Assembly (NCBI GenBank): GCA_040954595.2 | Contig: CM082596.2 | Coordinates: forward strand, 2,474,999 to 2,538,998 | Source: Balanoglossus misakiensis | Taxonomy: Eukaryota; Animalia; Hemichordata | DNA: 64,000 nucleotides | Direction: 5' to 3' | In this document: positions 25,842 through 39,836 of the stretch, piece by piece | Numbering within the stretch: the first letter of the stretch is position 1 | Layout of the letters: each line of letters starts with the position of its first letter | Notes under the pieces: generated by a model | The model's database searches: none | The model's input: the letters and a program-made list of their open reading frames with translations, nothing else | What the model was told of the DNA's origin: nothing | Translations under genes and position numbers: made by a program

Positions 25842-28800
25842 ATGGCGTCTGTTAAAGTTGCTGTGCGGGTCCGACCCATCAATGAAAGGTCAGTGATAAA
25901 TATTAGACGTCCGACAGATGTACGATCAGAAATCAACATTTTGGTTTCTGTCCTCCGGAGTCCTGGCAACAGATGTCCTGACTAAAAGGGGGAGGGGTCG
26001 CGTATTACACACACTCGTAGTGAGAAATTGTCCAATATTTCGTTCTCCGTAGAATCTGGGACATATCTGTCATGATTGCTACTCTCTCTCCGATTGGCGT
26101 CGATTTGTTTTTATGAGCCAAGTCAGAAACGGAGGCCTGGTCGGATTTCATGATTTGCAATCAACACGTTGACCCTGTTGTCTGTGTGTGACAGTGGCAA
26201 ACATCCTGTTTATTGTGAATTATGCGTGAGAAGCTAACATATTGTTCAACCTTACGTGTGTATAATATGTTCGCAATCATGCCTATGTCGAAAACATTCA
26301 AAACTCGGTTTGATGTTGAATCGACAGTAAAACTAGGAACAGCAATGTCAGTTTGTCTGCTTCCACTAATGCAACCTTGGGCATATCCCCGATAGGTGTG
26401 TTTTATGGCCAGTTATTTTTTTCAATGAAAGTATTATCTGCACCCATAAATGAAATGGCCCATCTGAAAGTTTTGTGTGATCATATGACTGCATACACGT
26501 TCTCTTAAAACATACTTTATCAGGGTTACAAGTTCAATAAATGGTGATAAATGTTTCATTGTAGATTTTATTGATAAAAAAATTCTGCTTGAAATAAACA
26601 ATTACAATGGGAAGTTATTTACACAAAAATCAAACAAAGTATGAAGTACCCTTGCTACTTACCCTTGCATACCATGGCAACACAATCAGAGCCTTGGCAA
26701 TCAAACTTATTTACTTATTTGCGCCAGAGATTCCTATACAAATTAGAGGTGAAATCTGTGTTTGATTTTGATCCAGGCATGGTATAGCCGTACATGATTA
26801 CCAGCACTTGTGCATTGCTATAGGAAAAAGTTCCACTCTGTGGGTACAGCATACAGGGGCTGGCAATGGTATCTTTTACTACTGTTTGTGATTTACAAAG
26901 GTCGAAGTATCAAAGTCTTTGACCCCGATCAATTACAGAATACCCAACCTGTAACCTATAATATATGATTTTGGGGTGACCCCATTTAAAACATCACTAC
27001 AATGTTGCTAAACATGAAGAAATTGAAGATTTCTGATGATCTCATTTCAACATATAGAGTGTGCATCAGCCATAAGGCAACTATTGACTACATCCATGTG
27101 TTTGTTAAACTTACAGGGAGATAAATTTGAATTCACCATGCATTATTGCAATGGAAGGGAAGAAAACCACCATTACAAATTTGAAGGTAAGTTTTAGCCG
27201 AATATAGAATGTCAAACAGACACTGAGGTTGTTGTAGATTAAAACACAAAGGAGGGAAATATATGATAAAATATATTTTGCTCAGATTGGACTAAGGTAA
27301 GGTCATCTGGGGTCAAAGTTTCTTGCGCATGCATGTTCATAGAAAGTCGTATTTGATTTTGTGTATACAGATTGAATGTACTTTTCAATCAGTAATTGAA
27401 GATTTCCAGTAATTTCAGAGTACATATTCCAAATTGCTAAAAGAGGAAGTGTTCTAAAAGTTTATATTTTCAGCGTTGACAAACAGTGAAGGTTTTGTTT
27501 GTGTGTGAATAAAGCAGAAGTCAAATAAGTTGTTTTGTTAGCATTCTTTCTGTGTTAAGGTCACTGTCAGTTGATTTGGTATAATCAGCAAAAAATTGGC
27601 ATTGGCCTTCTCAGGTGTAAATCCCTATATATTGAGGTAATTTTGGGTTTCTTATCAGGAAATTGGACCTTTGATTCTGCTGTGACATTTCCTTACACAA
27701 CATTTGTCATATCAGGGCTTGGTGTGTAAAGTGAAGGCTGTTATCAACACTGTGCACAAATGTCATTTGCAGTATACAATTAATACACGTGATATGAAAG
27801 GTGTATTGGAGTGTGAAAAATGGAGGAACTTTAATATTGTTTATAGTTCTACAATGCACATTGTCATAGTTGTAATGAATGGCTATTTTGACTTGCATGA
27901 CCCCAAGATAGAATTAAATATGATTAATCTACACTCAACCACATATGAATGATTTCCTTTGGTCAACTTCAGCTTCCAGTATCTGCAGCTGACGGTGATC
28001 ACGGCAGAGAACGTCTCAAATCATTTATCTATGATTATTCCTACTGGTCTTACGACGCCAGTGATGCCAACTTTGCATCACAGCAACAGGTGAGTCTCAC
28101 AGAACACCCGTTCAACACCATGGTTTGGTCCAAATCCATTATTTTTGTGGTAAATTTGGACCTCTATATAGGGAAATGGGGTGAAGGGTAAAAACTAGTT
28201 CGTAGCAGAATAATGTGTGCAGTTATATTAATTGTTTTTGAGAAATGTTAATTGTACAATAATTGTCTTTTTATAGGTATTTGAGGATTTGGGCATTGAA
28301 GTTCTGAAGGCGGCATTTGAAGGATACAATGCATGTGTTTTTGCATACGGACAGACAGGGTCAGGAAAATCCTACACAATGATGGGAAATAAACCAGTAA
28401 GTCACACATTGTAGTATTTGTTGTAAATGTAAAGTTTAGTGTACACCTCAGGTCTAATAGTGTAAGGTCCAGATATAGGTCATTAATCTTATTTTTCCCC
28501 CACGAGTTGAACGTCACTAGTTTGTCAACTATTCATGGTTGATCAGGATGAATGGAAGTTTAAAATGTATCTTTTATTGTGTTTATAGGATGCCATTGGC
28601 CTCATTCCCAGAATCTGTGAGGTGAGTGTATTGTGAGTGTGAGTATATACTGCTTTCCTCAAAATCATACTTTTAATGCACTTTTATTTGTTAAAATCAC
28701 GGAAAACTGAAGTTGCATTTACTTTGTCATAATTTACAGGGGCTGTATAATCACATTGAGGGGGATAAAAGTGCTGGGACTTCCTACAGAACAGAAGTCA

Positions 28801-31800
28801 GGTATTTACATTCTTTTCCTGAATTCATGTTCTTTCACAGGAAATATGAACTTGAGTGATTTATTCATATCGGTCATCTTGACTTCTGAATTTGATGGGT
28901 TGAATGTCTCTTCCATTCCTTCTTGCAGCTACCTCGAGATCTACAACGAGAGGGTGAGGGATTTGTTGAAATCAAGAATGCAGCACGCATTGAGGGTCAG
29001 AGAACATCCAAGGGATGGTCCATATGTACAGAGTAAGTGAACTGTAGAATTACCATCAAACTTGAGAAGTAATAACCTGCATGGTCTTCAGAGTTTGCTT
29101 GTGGTTAACTGGAATTAAAGTTCATAGCACAGGATTTTTATTTAGCCATTGATATAAACATCTCCCATCTCTGTCCAGGTTTATCCAAACACCTTGTAGC
29201 AGATTATCATGACATCGAGACACTCATGGACCGAGGAAACATACAAAGGTAAGGCCAGGGATAGCTTCTACTTTTTCAGAAGTTGACATTTTTATTTGTT
29301 TATCGATTGAAATGGAACTGAAAATGTCTTTTCTCTTGTCAAATTTAATTGTTCGACGTTTGAATATTTCAGAACCACAGCATCTACAAACATGAACGAC
29401 ACAAGCAGTCGATCGCATGCCATATTTACAATCAATTTCACACAGGTAAGAGTGACTTACTTTATATACCGTAGTTATTGTTAAACAGTATGTAAGAGGA
29501 CAGACATATACCTTGTTAGTTCTTACATGTATGCCACCTAAACATGAATATCTGTAAAATGAGTGTCTACTTCTAACCAGGCATATGACTTGATTTTCAG
29601 GCAAAATTCTACAATGATCTCCCGAGTGAAACTATCAGTAAAATTCACCTTGTTGACTTGGCTGGAAGGTAAGTAATCGATTGAAGAGATTTTTTTTCAA
29701 ACAAACATTTCACCACTTCTACTTCCCATATTTGGTTTGTTATATTTGCTGCCCATATTCTCTATCCAAGTGTAAGCTTTTGCTCATCGATTTGAAGTTT
29801 TCATATTGCAGTGTGGTACATCCCTGTGGTTGTACATGTACACACAAACAAATGTACTGATTGGTTGCCTTCTATTTTGTGTTTTTGTCCAGTGAGAGAG
29901 CTGATGCAACTGGTGCCACAGGTCAAAGGTTGAAAGAAGGTGCCAACATCAACAAATCGCTCGTTACCCTTGGAAATGTCATTTCAGCATTGGGTAAGCT
30001 TGTTCAAATTTCTACATTTTGTGAATAATCAAATACTGTATTTGTAATGTACCGAACAGTGCCACCTTTGGTCAAAATATTGTAATTTGTTTTTCATACA
30101 TCTCAAATATATAGCTGACATGTCATCAGCTCAAGTTCAAGGTGCCAAAAGGAAACCACACTTCATCCCGTACAGAGACTCTGTTTTGACATGGCTGCTG
30201 AAGGACAGTCTGGGTGGTAACGCGAAGACAATCATGATAGCCAGTAAGTACATGTCGTCGTCATAGTCATTTTACTTCAATGAAGTCTGTTTCATGTCTC
30301 AAAGCAGCTACAAATGTGTGTCACTGTGAAGGACCTGTGTTGCCAGAATGTAAGGTGGATCTGAAATGCTGAGAGAAGTTGATGAAAGATTGCACAGAAC
30401 AGCTCAAAGTTCATGTTGATTCACTCCTTTGTGTTCATCTGACAGATATATCTCCAGCAGATGTGAACTATGCTGAGACACTAAGCACATTGAGATATGC
30501 AAATCGAGCGAAGAACATCATCAACCAACCAGAAGTCAATGAAGTAAGTCATTAAAAAAATGACATCACCATCTAGAGTCAATAGTGACAAATTTTAACT
30601 TCTCCCTTACGTGACTCTTTGTATACCCGCACTTCCGCACTTAAGGAATTGTGAACCACTCCTGGAAAAACTGAGAGTCCAGGAAGAGTACAGTTTATTC
30701 CTGGAAAGTCCCTGAGAATTATATTCTCCAGTTATATTCACTGGATTTCTTGTTGTTGCACAGGATCGTAATGTGAAGTTAATCCGTGAATTGAGAGCCG
30801 AGATAGCCAACTTGAGATCCATGCTTTCTGGTGGTATCGTAAGTAAAATTTCACATTCCCAGTGTCAGATATTCTTAGCTAGAATCTTCAGCATTCAATT
30901 GGATCTGTGTTTTGACAGGTTATAAATTCCTGTTATAAATACCTGAGTGTTGCCCTGGTTAAAAGATCAGTGAATGACATGACATTGTCTGCTTTTTGAT
31001 TTCAGGCATCTGTCAAGGAAGCTGAGATGGTGGATAAACTGCATGAAAATGTTGCCCGGGTAAGAATACTTTACAGACTGGTATTCTTATTATTTAGTGG
31101 ACGCTGTGGATTCAGTCTCCAAAGGGTGTACTGCTTCTCTCGTCAGCAATGGTAGATCAGATGCTATACAAGAAACCACTTTCTATTTTCTTGCTCATTT
31201 CAGGTTAAAGTTCTCACAGAAGAATGGGAAACAAAATGGAGGGAGACGAAAAAAATTATGAAAGTAAGTCACTAAAAGAGATCTTACGGAACATATACAT
31301 TTCAGGAAAAATACTTTTATTTTGAATTAAAATATTTTAGATATGTTAAGGTCAGGTTTGGTCACTTATCATGTGTGACTTGAATTGATGTTTCTAGGAA
31401 CAGACACTGGCATTACGAAGAGAAGGCATTGGTGTTGTTCTAGATTCAGAGCTGCCTCATCTCATAGGTATTACTGATGATCTACTCAGTACAGGCCTCA
31501 AACTTTATCATCTCAAGGTAAGGATGTGCATTTGAAATCCTTGCGTTGACTTAATATCTCAAGTCTGAAATGTGTCACATTTTGATGAAGTAGTCGTGAT
31601 CAAATGGGAGTCCAGTGTCCAATAATGATTTGATTTTTCTGTCCATCAGGAAGGGTTCACAACCGTAGGTCGTGAGGATGCCCACAATAAACCTGATATG
31701 GGTAAGTCAATGTTCAGAATAGTGTTCCATGTTACCTGGCAAAATGGGTATGTGTATTAACTTCATACCAGTTTTGAAGTCTTTCGTAAAATCAAATCCT

Positions 31801-34800
31801 ACCAGCTAAGCTGAAAATTCAGATGTCTGTCTCCCAATAGTACCGTATGACATGGCATTTCATAGAAACGTTCAATAGATTTTGAACATAGAACTCCATA
31901 GTATACAATAATATGTGTGTGATAATTGATGTTCATTCTCTTCACAGCACTGTGGGCTTTGGACATTGAAGAAGAACATTGCTATTTTGAAAATGCAGGG
32001 GGAGTTGTTACTCTGATACCACTCAGAAACGCTCCTTGCTCGATCAATGGACAGAAAATTTCACAGCCAACAATGCTTGCACAAGGTAATGTAGCTTTAA
32101 TGGTCAAGTGGCACTCCAGTTTTGTATAATATCTTAACCCTTTTGCCACCATGGTTTGGTCCAAACCCATTGTTTTCTATGCTTAGTGTACAGTACATGC
32201 ACTTACCTTGTCTTGTGTATTTCTCTGACAGGCTGCGTGGTTCTACTCGGCAAGACACACATGTTCAGATTCAACCATCCAGCAGAAGCAGCCAGGCTGC
32301 GTATGGAGAGGAAATCTAAGTCAATGACAGATTTGGCAGTATCAAATGAAAACTTGCTATCGTTGTTCAATAGCCCTGGGTAAGAATTTCAGTTTGTTTG
32401 CAGGAATGTAGTCAGGGGTTAAAATTAAGTGTGTTGGTGTTGTAAGTGTTTGTGTGGATGGTGCAGTCAACACATGCAATAATTTATTGTCAACTGTTTT
32501 CCAACTGACAGAATGGAACTTGAGAAGATGCAGAGAGAAGAGTTGGAGAAATTGGAAGGGAAAAGGTACACCATGATTTCCTATGTACATTGATTTGAAT
32601 TTTAGTTTAGACAAATCACTTTTTGTGTGACGTTGATGTGATCATGTTCCTTTAAATTCCAAATTTCAGGAGACACATTGAAGTCTTGGAAGAGAAGCAC
32701 AGACAGGCTGAGGAAGCAAGACTGAAGGAGCAAGAAATCCGGGAAGACGACCTGAGAAAGCGGACACACCGTCTGGAGCAGTTGAGACACGAGAGCGAAC
32801 AGGCCAAGCAAGAGGCTCAGCGGGAACAGAGGAAAATCATCAAAGAGCAAGAGAGATTGAAGAGGCAGAGTGCAGATTTCTTGAAGCAGATGGAAGATTA
32901 CCAGAGACAGATGGAGGACTACCAGATTGAGAAGGAGAAGTTTGAGGAGGAGAAGATGCTGGAGAAAGAGGAGATCGAGAAGGAGAGGCAGAACTTCGAG
33001 CAAGAGCGCGAGCAAGAGAGACAGAAGCTGGAGGAGGAGAAGAAGGAGATGAGAAGAAAGATCGAGCAGGAGATGGAGAGGTTGGCCGAGATTGAGGAGA
33101 AGCAGAGACACACGGCCGAGGAAGCCAGGACGGCCATCTTGCAGGAGCAGCTGAAACTGGAAGATGAGAGGAAACTGGAGAAGTTGCAGTTGGAGGGAGA
33201 ATTGAAACGGCTGGAAGAGCAAGAGCTGCGGATGAAGGAAGCTGCTAAGGAGGCGGAGGTCGATATCACTAGGAGACTGGAAGTGTTACAGGAGGAGCGA
33301 GATCAGGAGTTGGAGATGATCGAAGCGGAGAGGAAACGGCTCGAAGAGCTGCAGCTGCAGCAGGAGGCGGCCAAGGAACTGGCGCTGGACAGCCAGGCCA
33401 GCACCATTGATCGACTGCGGGAGGAGGGTGAGAAGTTGGTGCAAGCGCGTCTGGAGGTGGAACGGCTGCAGGAGGAGCAGGGCAAACAGATGCAGCAGTT
33501 GGAGGACAGCTGCCGAGCCAGGCAACTGCAGATGGAATCAGAAATCAGGCAGCGGAGAGACGACCTGGAGAAGGAGCGAAGGGTTCTGAACGAGAGGGAA
33601 GTCAAACTGAGGCGGGTGTTAGAGCTAGGACAGTATGAAAGCGACGAGGAAAGGGAAGAGATTGAAAAGGAAATGCAGGAGATACAGAATCAGAAAAAGA
33701 CGCTGGATTTGAAGGAGGATGAGATTAACAAGAAAGAAGAGGAGAACAGAGAAGTTATTCAACAGGAACTGATTGCACTGGAGGAGAGGAAACATTTTAA
33801 CGAGGACTTGCTGGAATCGAAACGCAAGAGACTTGCAGAGATGGAAAGGGAGAATCTGCTTTCTATTCAGAGGGAGATTTCTGAGAAAAATCTGAATCTT
33901 GAGGAACGGAAGAGGAAGATTGAAGAGGACGAGATGTTGTTGAGTGAGTTGAAATTAAAACACCAGAGTGCCATCTCGAAGGCCATGGAAGAGAAGAGGG
34001 TTCTGGAAGAGGAACGGCTGCACCTGGAAGATCTGGAGAAGCAGCATGCCATGAAGTCAGAGCAGGCACTTGCCGACATCGACCGGCGGAAACACATCCT
34101 GGACGAGGAGACGGAGAAGAAGATTGGCAAGATCGAGGAGAAAAGGAAGGAATTAGAACAGCAGCAAGAAGAGATGACGGCCAGCACCAAACTGAAATTA
34201 GACCTCAAGAAGAAGAAGCTGCCCAGGAAGGCCATGTCTGTAGCCGGCATGGAAGACCTGGATCAACTGGCCAGGGCTGTGGAGGATAGGGATATGGATG
34301 TGAAGAAAAAAAAGCAGGAAGAAGAAGGAAAAATGCTGGAAGAGAGACTTAAGGTATAAACATTGGGCTCAGCATTTTAATACAATAACCCTTCACGTAG
34401 AAACAACCATAACTGTAAAACAGATACTGCTGTATGCTATCCTTGTTTAGTGTGTTGTAAGTGAAATCATGTATTTTCTGTTACTGCAGTCTGTCCAGGA
34501 ACTTGAAGAACAAACCAAGAGGGCAGAACTGGAATTATCCAGGAAGAGACAGGAATTTGAACTGCAACGACTCAAAGAAATCGAACGAATTAAAATGGAG
34601 AAATACAAACTGCAAGAAATGGAAGACCAGGAAAGGTAAGGAGGTCAAAATGAAAATGACCCGGATGATCTTTTTGGTTAGAGCTGCTAATCATTTTGTC
34701 TTCCAGAAAGCTAATTTTGTATGTAACTATCTGTATGTACACAGAATACAGATAACCAGGACTTATTTGAGATTGTGTCATACACATCATTACTGCACCC

Positions 34801-36496
34801 TCATTTGTTGACTTACTATTTTTGCCCCAGGGTCAAAGAAATGGTGGAGGAAGAAGTGAAGAAACGATTGTTTGAAGAGAAAGTTCAGCGGGAGAAGCAA
34901 CTTCTTCAGGAGAGGGAACGAGAACAACTGGAAAGAGAAAGGGAAATCCAACAGCTGAAAAGAAGTCATGAACGGGAATTGGAACAGTTGAAAAGGAAAT
35001 TTTCATCAGGGTGAGTGTCATACAGATCTTGTGATTCATTCTTATACTCTAAAGATATGATTTCTTGATGTTATGTTGGTAGTTAGGTTGTTACATTGAG
35101 ATAGACTAGCACACTTACAAGTTTTTAACTTTCTGCTTTAATCCAGACAAGCCACTGGAAGTAAATCCAACCCATACGCTGGTCTGAAGGTATGTACAGA
35201 AGAAGTTTTGACTTGTAGGCACTCTTCATAAATTTATCACAGAACAAAACCGTGTACGGATGAGAGCTCCATGCATGCACATTCAGGATCAGCGTTAGGG
35301 ATTTGAGGAAGTGACCTGTGGGTATGTTCAGTGGATAACTGCCATAGAAATATAATCATTGTTGGTTTCTTACAGAATCGAGATGGATTGGGAGAATCAC
35401 CCCCACCAAGAAAAGTACTCAGTGAGGTATAAAGTTTGTATTCAATCTATTGGCTTTACTTGATAACTGTTTGGCTCTGTTTCTTTAACATATATTTGTC
35501 TACCTGCCACTTCCAGCTCTGCTTATCTGCCTGTATCTTCTACTCACTTTCAAAATGATAATTCTGAGAGTTCTTCAAAGTTTACTGAATGTATAATTGT
35601 CGTCTTCTTTGCTCTGACATATTGATCTGCAGTCCAATATCCACACCAGGCCGCTGACCGAACACACCCGTCCAGTTGAAAACCCTATCATTGTGAGTAT
35701 ACCCAAGTACATGTTGAGAGGACATGGAAGAGACTCACATCACGTGTTTGAAGTCAAGGTGAGAGAAAGCTAATGTTCCTTTTTTTTAAAAGAAGTTGAC
35801 AAGTTTTCTTTGCCCCCTTCCTGTAGTTATCTACATCGATGTGAGTAGCAACCACTAACATATGCACCTTGACATTGACACAGGTATCTGTGTTGGACAA
35901 CAGTTGGATTGTCTACAGACGATACAGCCAGTTCCGAGAGTTACATGAAGTCATGAAACATCGGTATCCAGAGGTAAGTTATCATTAAGCTTTTGTAAAT
36001 TTGTTTTGAATTTACATGTGCATACACAGCAGAATGCCATCATCTAAAAGATGATAATTGATGTCATTTAAATTTTCAGATTGGAGCTCTGGAATTTCCT
36101 CCAAAGAAACTTTTTGGCAATAAATCAGAGAGAGTGGTCTCAAAGAGGAGAGGTCATTTAGAGGTAATTCATTATGGTATTGTTTTATAATGAAGATATC
36201 ATTATATTAGTTATGTGTGTTATTTCACACTCCACTTCCATCACCCAGTAATCTCTCCCTGCATTATCTGTGGCAGTATTTATGCCGTTTGCACTGAAAT
36301 TGAAATGTGTATTTGATGATCTTCTTTTTTTATCACACAGAATTATGTAAGAAGTTTTATCCATGTCTGTCTGCGTCTTCCGAAATGTCCTTTGTCGCCG
36401 GGAGAAGGCCGTATTCTTTCCAAGCACACGCTCTGTGACTTTGCCCCGTTCTTCAAGAAAGGCGCGTTTGAAACAACCAGGTACGGGACGTCATAG
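25842..36496 (+). CDS. KIF16B: Kinesin-3 family motor KIF16B (motor, FHA, coiled coil, PX domain)
   Basis: 30 GT-AG exons: 25842-25888, 27117-27186, 27973-28089, 28277-28396, 28589-28621, 28740-28801, 28929-29032, 29179-29248, 29373-29445, 29601-29668, 29893-29993, 30115-30243, 30446-30543, 30764-30838, 31006-31059, 31204-31263, 31398-31517, 31650-31701, 31948-32085, 32232-32379, 32512-32565, 32670-34353, 34490-34635, 34831-35010, 35147-35189, 35376-35426, 35633-35758, 35884-35973, 36080-36163, 36341-36496 (4353 nt). Motifs: [13 protein letters not shown]-loop [32 protein letters not shown] motifs [10 protein letters not shown] and [10 protein letters not shown], end [16 protein letters not shown]. 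Confidence 0.95.
28106..28190. mobile_element. Degenerate copy of the 85-bp piggyBac-type MITE (partial copies also at ~32135-32180 and, inverted, ~17380-17445)
   Basis: Shares the internal CACCATGGTTTGGTCCAAATCCATT...TGGACCTCTA...GGGGTGAAGGG sequence with copies 1 and 2. Confidence 0.6.
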
Positions 36497-37269
36497 CCAC
36501 CCTTCAGCAGTGGAGCAGGCAACCCTACAATGACAATGCTTCAGTCCTGTTTTGCTTCAGAGAGGTATATTCCATAGGTGGGAGAGAAGAAAGATGGGTG
36601 GACTATTAAAAATGTACTTGCTTGGTGCAACAAGACTTGTTGATTCCAGCAGTTGCATATGACACCCCTGAACCAAGGTTACAGGATTTTCTTGTCGACT
36701 TGTAACAAGTTATTTCAAGTGTTATCATTTTCTGTTTTATTTATTTGCATTCAAACTAGTGTTTGAAGACTATCACAATTTTAACTTGACATTTATCCGT
36801 TTCACCGCCGCTGGTAGCATTTCCATTGGTACGCAACCTCAAGTTCAAATTGAAGGTCACATTCAAACCAATTTGGCATCATTTCTGTAAATACTTTTTA
36901 GAGATGAAACACTTTCAGATATGAAAGCTTACATTCCAGCCTCAACTCTGTATAGAAATTCTCTGACACTTTGATGTGAAAATATTTCCAGAAATCCTTT
37001 TGAGAAAATTATGGTTGTTTTCAGTCTGCTAAGAAAGATTGTTAATATTTGCTGCCAAAAGTGTATGTGGGTGCCAGTTTTACATCTGTAATGCAGGTTT
37101 TAAAAAAGTCTTCTGCATTTACATAAAAGTATGTACACATGACAATGAAAGTTTTTAGTGCATTTATTTTTTATTTTTGCCGACATGCATCGTTTCCAGA
37201 CGTTTCCTGATAGCTGATGGATGTCACGTACAAAGTTTATGACCTTACGACCTGTAATCGATACTGATA

Positions 37270-37361
37270 AGAACTTCATAGCAAACTTGTAGCAAACTTG
37301 TGTCCTCGAGGGAGATGAGAACTTCATAGCAAACTTGTAGCAAACTTGTGTCCTCGAGGGA
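37270..37361. repeat. Tandem duplication, period 48 bp
   Basis: AGAACTTCATAGCAAACTTGTAGCAAACTTGTGTCCTCGAGGGA occurs twice. Confidence 0.9.
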
Positions 37362-37811
37362 CTGTGGTTTATTGTTGAATTTGATACAGTTGAATTTGAT
37401 ACAGTTTACGTACATACAGTCGCACTCTTGGGAATAGCAAGTTGTGGCGATATCACGCCTATATTATCAGACTCGGCTGCGCAGGCAGTTTCTTCTGAAA
37501 CCAACCCTGTCCATGAATACCTCTGTACCAGCAGTCTCAGTTTTGTTGAAAAAACCCCAATTGAACTTTTAATAAAGTTTCAACTGCAAATTTATTGGAT
37601 AAGACTAAAAAACAGTTGACAGTATTCTCCGTACAGCATGCTTTAGGTCAAAGGGTCGCTCATAAGGTGACGTTCAAGAATGGGACCCCAAGCCAGACTA
37701 CAGTTGAACTTAGAATTAACTCCCTTGCTTTTAGAAATACCTGGGGAACAAGTTTTCTCAAATTCACTCGTACATGTAGTATGCGTGGGCGGGAACAGCC
37801 CGGACGCTCAC

Positions 37812-37996
37812 TTGGCACACTGTTGCAATTTTATTCAGTGAGGTTGCAGCTCCATCAGCAATGAAAAGATTACCTCTGCGTGACCCCTGATTGTTCGTGC
37901 GCGATTGGCACACTGTTGCAATTTTATTCAGTGAGGTTGCAGCTCCACGCAATGAAAAGATAACCTCTGCGTGACCCCTGATTGTTCGTGCGCGAT
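37812..37996. repeat. Tandem duplication, period ~93 bp
   Basis: TTGGCACACTGTTGCAATTTTATTCAGTGAGG...GTTCGTGCGCGAT occurs twice with few differences. Confidence 0.9.
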
Positions 37997-39836
37997 CTCT
38001 CTTTCTCTCCCTCTCTCTCATTCAACGGCTTTCAGTCCAAAACAGACATAAAAGTTCTTTTTATTGAGAAATCAGGAAATAAAATACTGCATAGCAGTGA
38101 CCTTGTTTTATGAATTGGTTCTTTTGTCTCTTATGTTTTATTGGCCGTGAAAAAAAACTGTTTATGTTAAATACGGGGAAAGGCTTAACTGTATTTCAAT
38201 TATGCAGTTAAAAAACAACTACTTTTGTTTATCTAGCACATAGCAATGACTTTACGGCACCGAGCTGATGATCGCTGGGTCAACTTGCTCCATCTTACCA
38301 CAGATGGAGAAACAACGGGAAAGAGGAAAGCAGACATTCTGGCGTCCGGTGAAGGCGGGAAGAAAACTTCCAGCAAAGAGCTGAGTGTTCCCGCTCGAAT
38401 GAGCTACTAAGGCGGTGATTGGTTAAATAAAGAGGGAAAAGGCGATTGGTGGAAATGCAATGCAACCTCGTCCTCAGCCGATTTAAACCCCGCTCAATGA
38501 GAGCTATACCTTATCGATAACACAGGTACGTGCGGACAAATTTTCGTCAATCCCTTGGTTTTGGCATTAGCGTTTGTGCGGGGATATTAAAATCTCGCGC
38601 ACTCGGTACACTCCCAAACCCCGTAATCCACATCTAAAATGCATGGCCGGCCGCGCGGCCCGTGGGCGTGTCCAACATACACAAGCTTACTCGTGATTGA
38701 CCAATACAATCACAATAAAATATATGAAGTTATGAACGCACCATTTAAGGTCATTCATGAATTATTAATTTTTTTTTCGAGTATAAAAGCTATTGCGCAA
38801 GCTATTGGCACTTGCTGCTCGTCTCCTATTCTGTAAGTATACATATATTTCAGTCTTATTCTATTTTTTTTGGGTTTTTATATACTTGTTGGTTCTGGAA
38901 ACCTCGCCTGAAATCGTTACTAGTGCATGAAGTGAGTGCTACAGACTCACTCTTTAACATGTTTAGTCAGCGTTAACGGTAGCACTATGCAAAAATTGAA
39001 CAAGTTACCAAACTTTGTCGTTTGGGACGTCGTCGTATGAGCATATGCGCGTCCAAAAAAGTGCAGAGCCATCGTAGAGCCCTCCCGCTTTGCCCTAAAA
39101 CACTGAGTACCACAGTCGTCCGTTTTGTCAAAATGTAAAGCGAGGTAGAGAGCACTGTCTACAATATAACCTTAGAATGTAAATTTAGTTTTATTTGTAA
39201 AAAAATCGTCCATTATTTTTGAATTCAAAACATTTAACGACTTGGAGAAATGGCGCGCACACGTGGTCGTCGCGTCGATTGTCTGCTTCCAAAACGCGAT
39301 GCTCCCGCGTGGCGACAAAACAATAAAGCGCAATTTTCAACCCAGAATGAAAAATGTGGTTTTATTTATAAAGTTTCCGTAGATTATTTTTGAATTCAAA
39401 ACATTTGTATAAATTCAACTTTCAAGATTTAGTGATTTGTAAAGTTAGTGCTGCGACATGCGGTCCTGTTTATTGGTGTCGTGTGTTACTTTACTGACCA
39501 TTTGTCTGATTCGAACCACGGTACACCACGGCCACTTATGTTTGAATTTCATTTTCAATATTTCTAGTATTTCAATATTTAAGCGTTCGCCTCTCATTTT
39601 AGTCATTTCAGGTCTGCCGAAATTGAAATACCAAGGCCATATCGGGGGAAAAAAGATGGCGCCAACTTGAGGAGCAACTCTCGACGGTGATGACATCATG
39701 GTCTCTGCATATGGGTTTCAACCAATCAGAGGTAGGCAACTACATGTGACATAATTCGATCTTCTGATTGGTCCACAGTTTTAATTACAAGTAGAAGTCG
39801 TATATATTGAGACAGGGATATTAATAATACAAGTTT

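Noticed and set aside
32602-34250. Long Leu/Ser/Phe-rich minus-strand ORFs
   Set aside because: Antisense shadows of the GAG/AAG-rich KIF16B stalk exon.
38255-38325. Hammerhead-like CTGATGA...GAAAC
   Set aside because: Stem II does not close next to the core, and no convincing stem I or III pairing was found.
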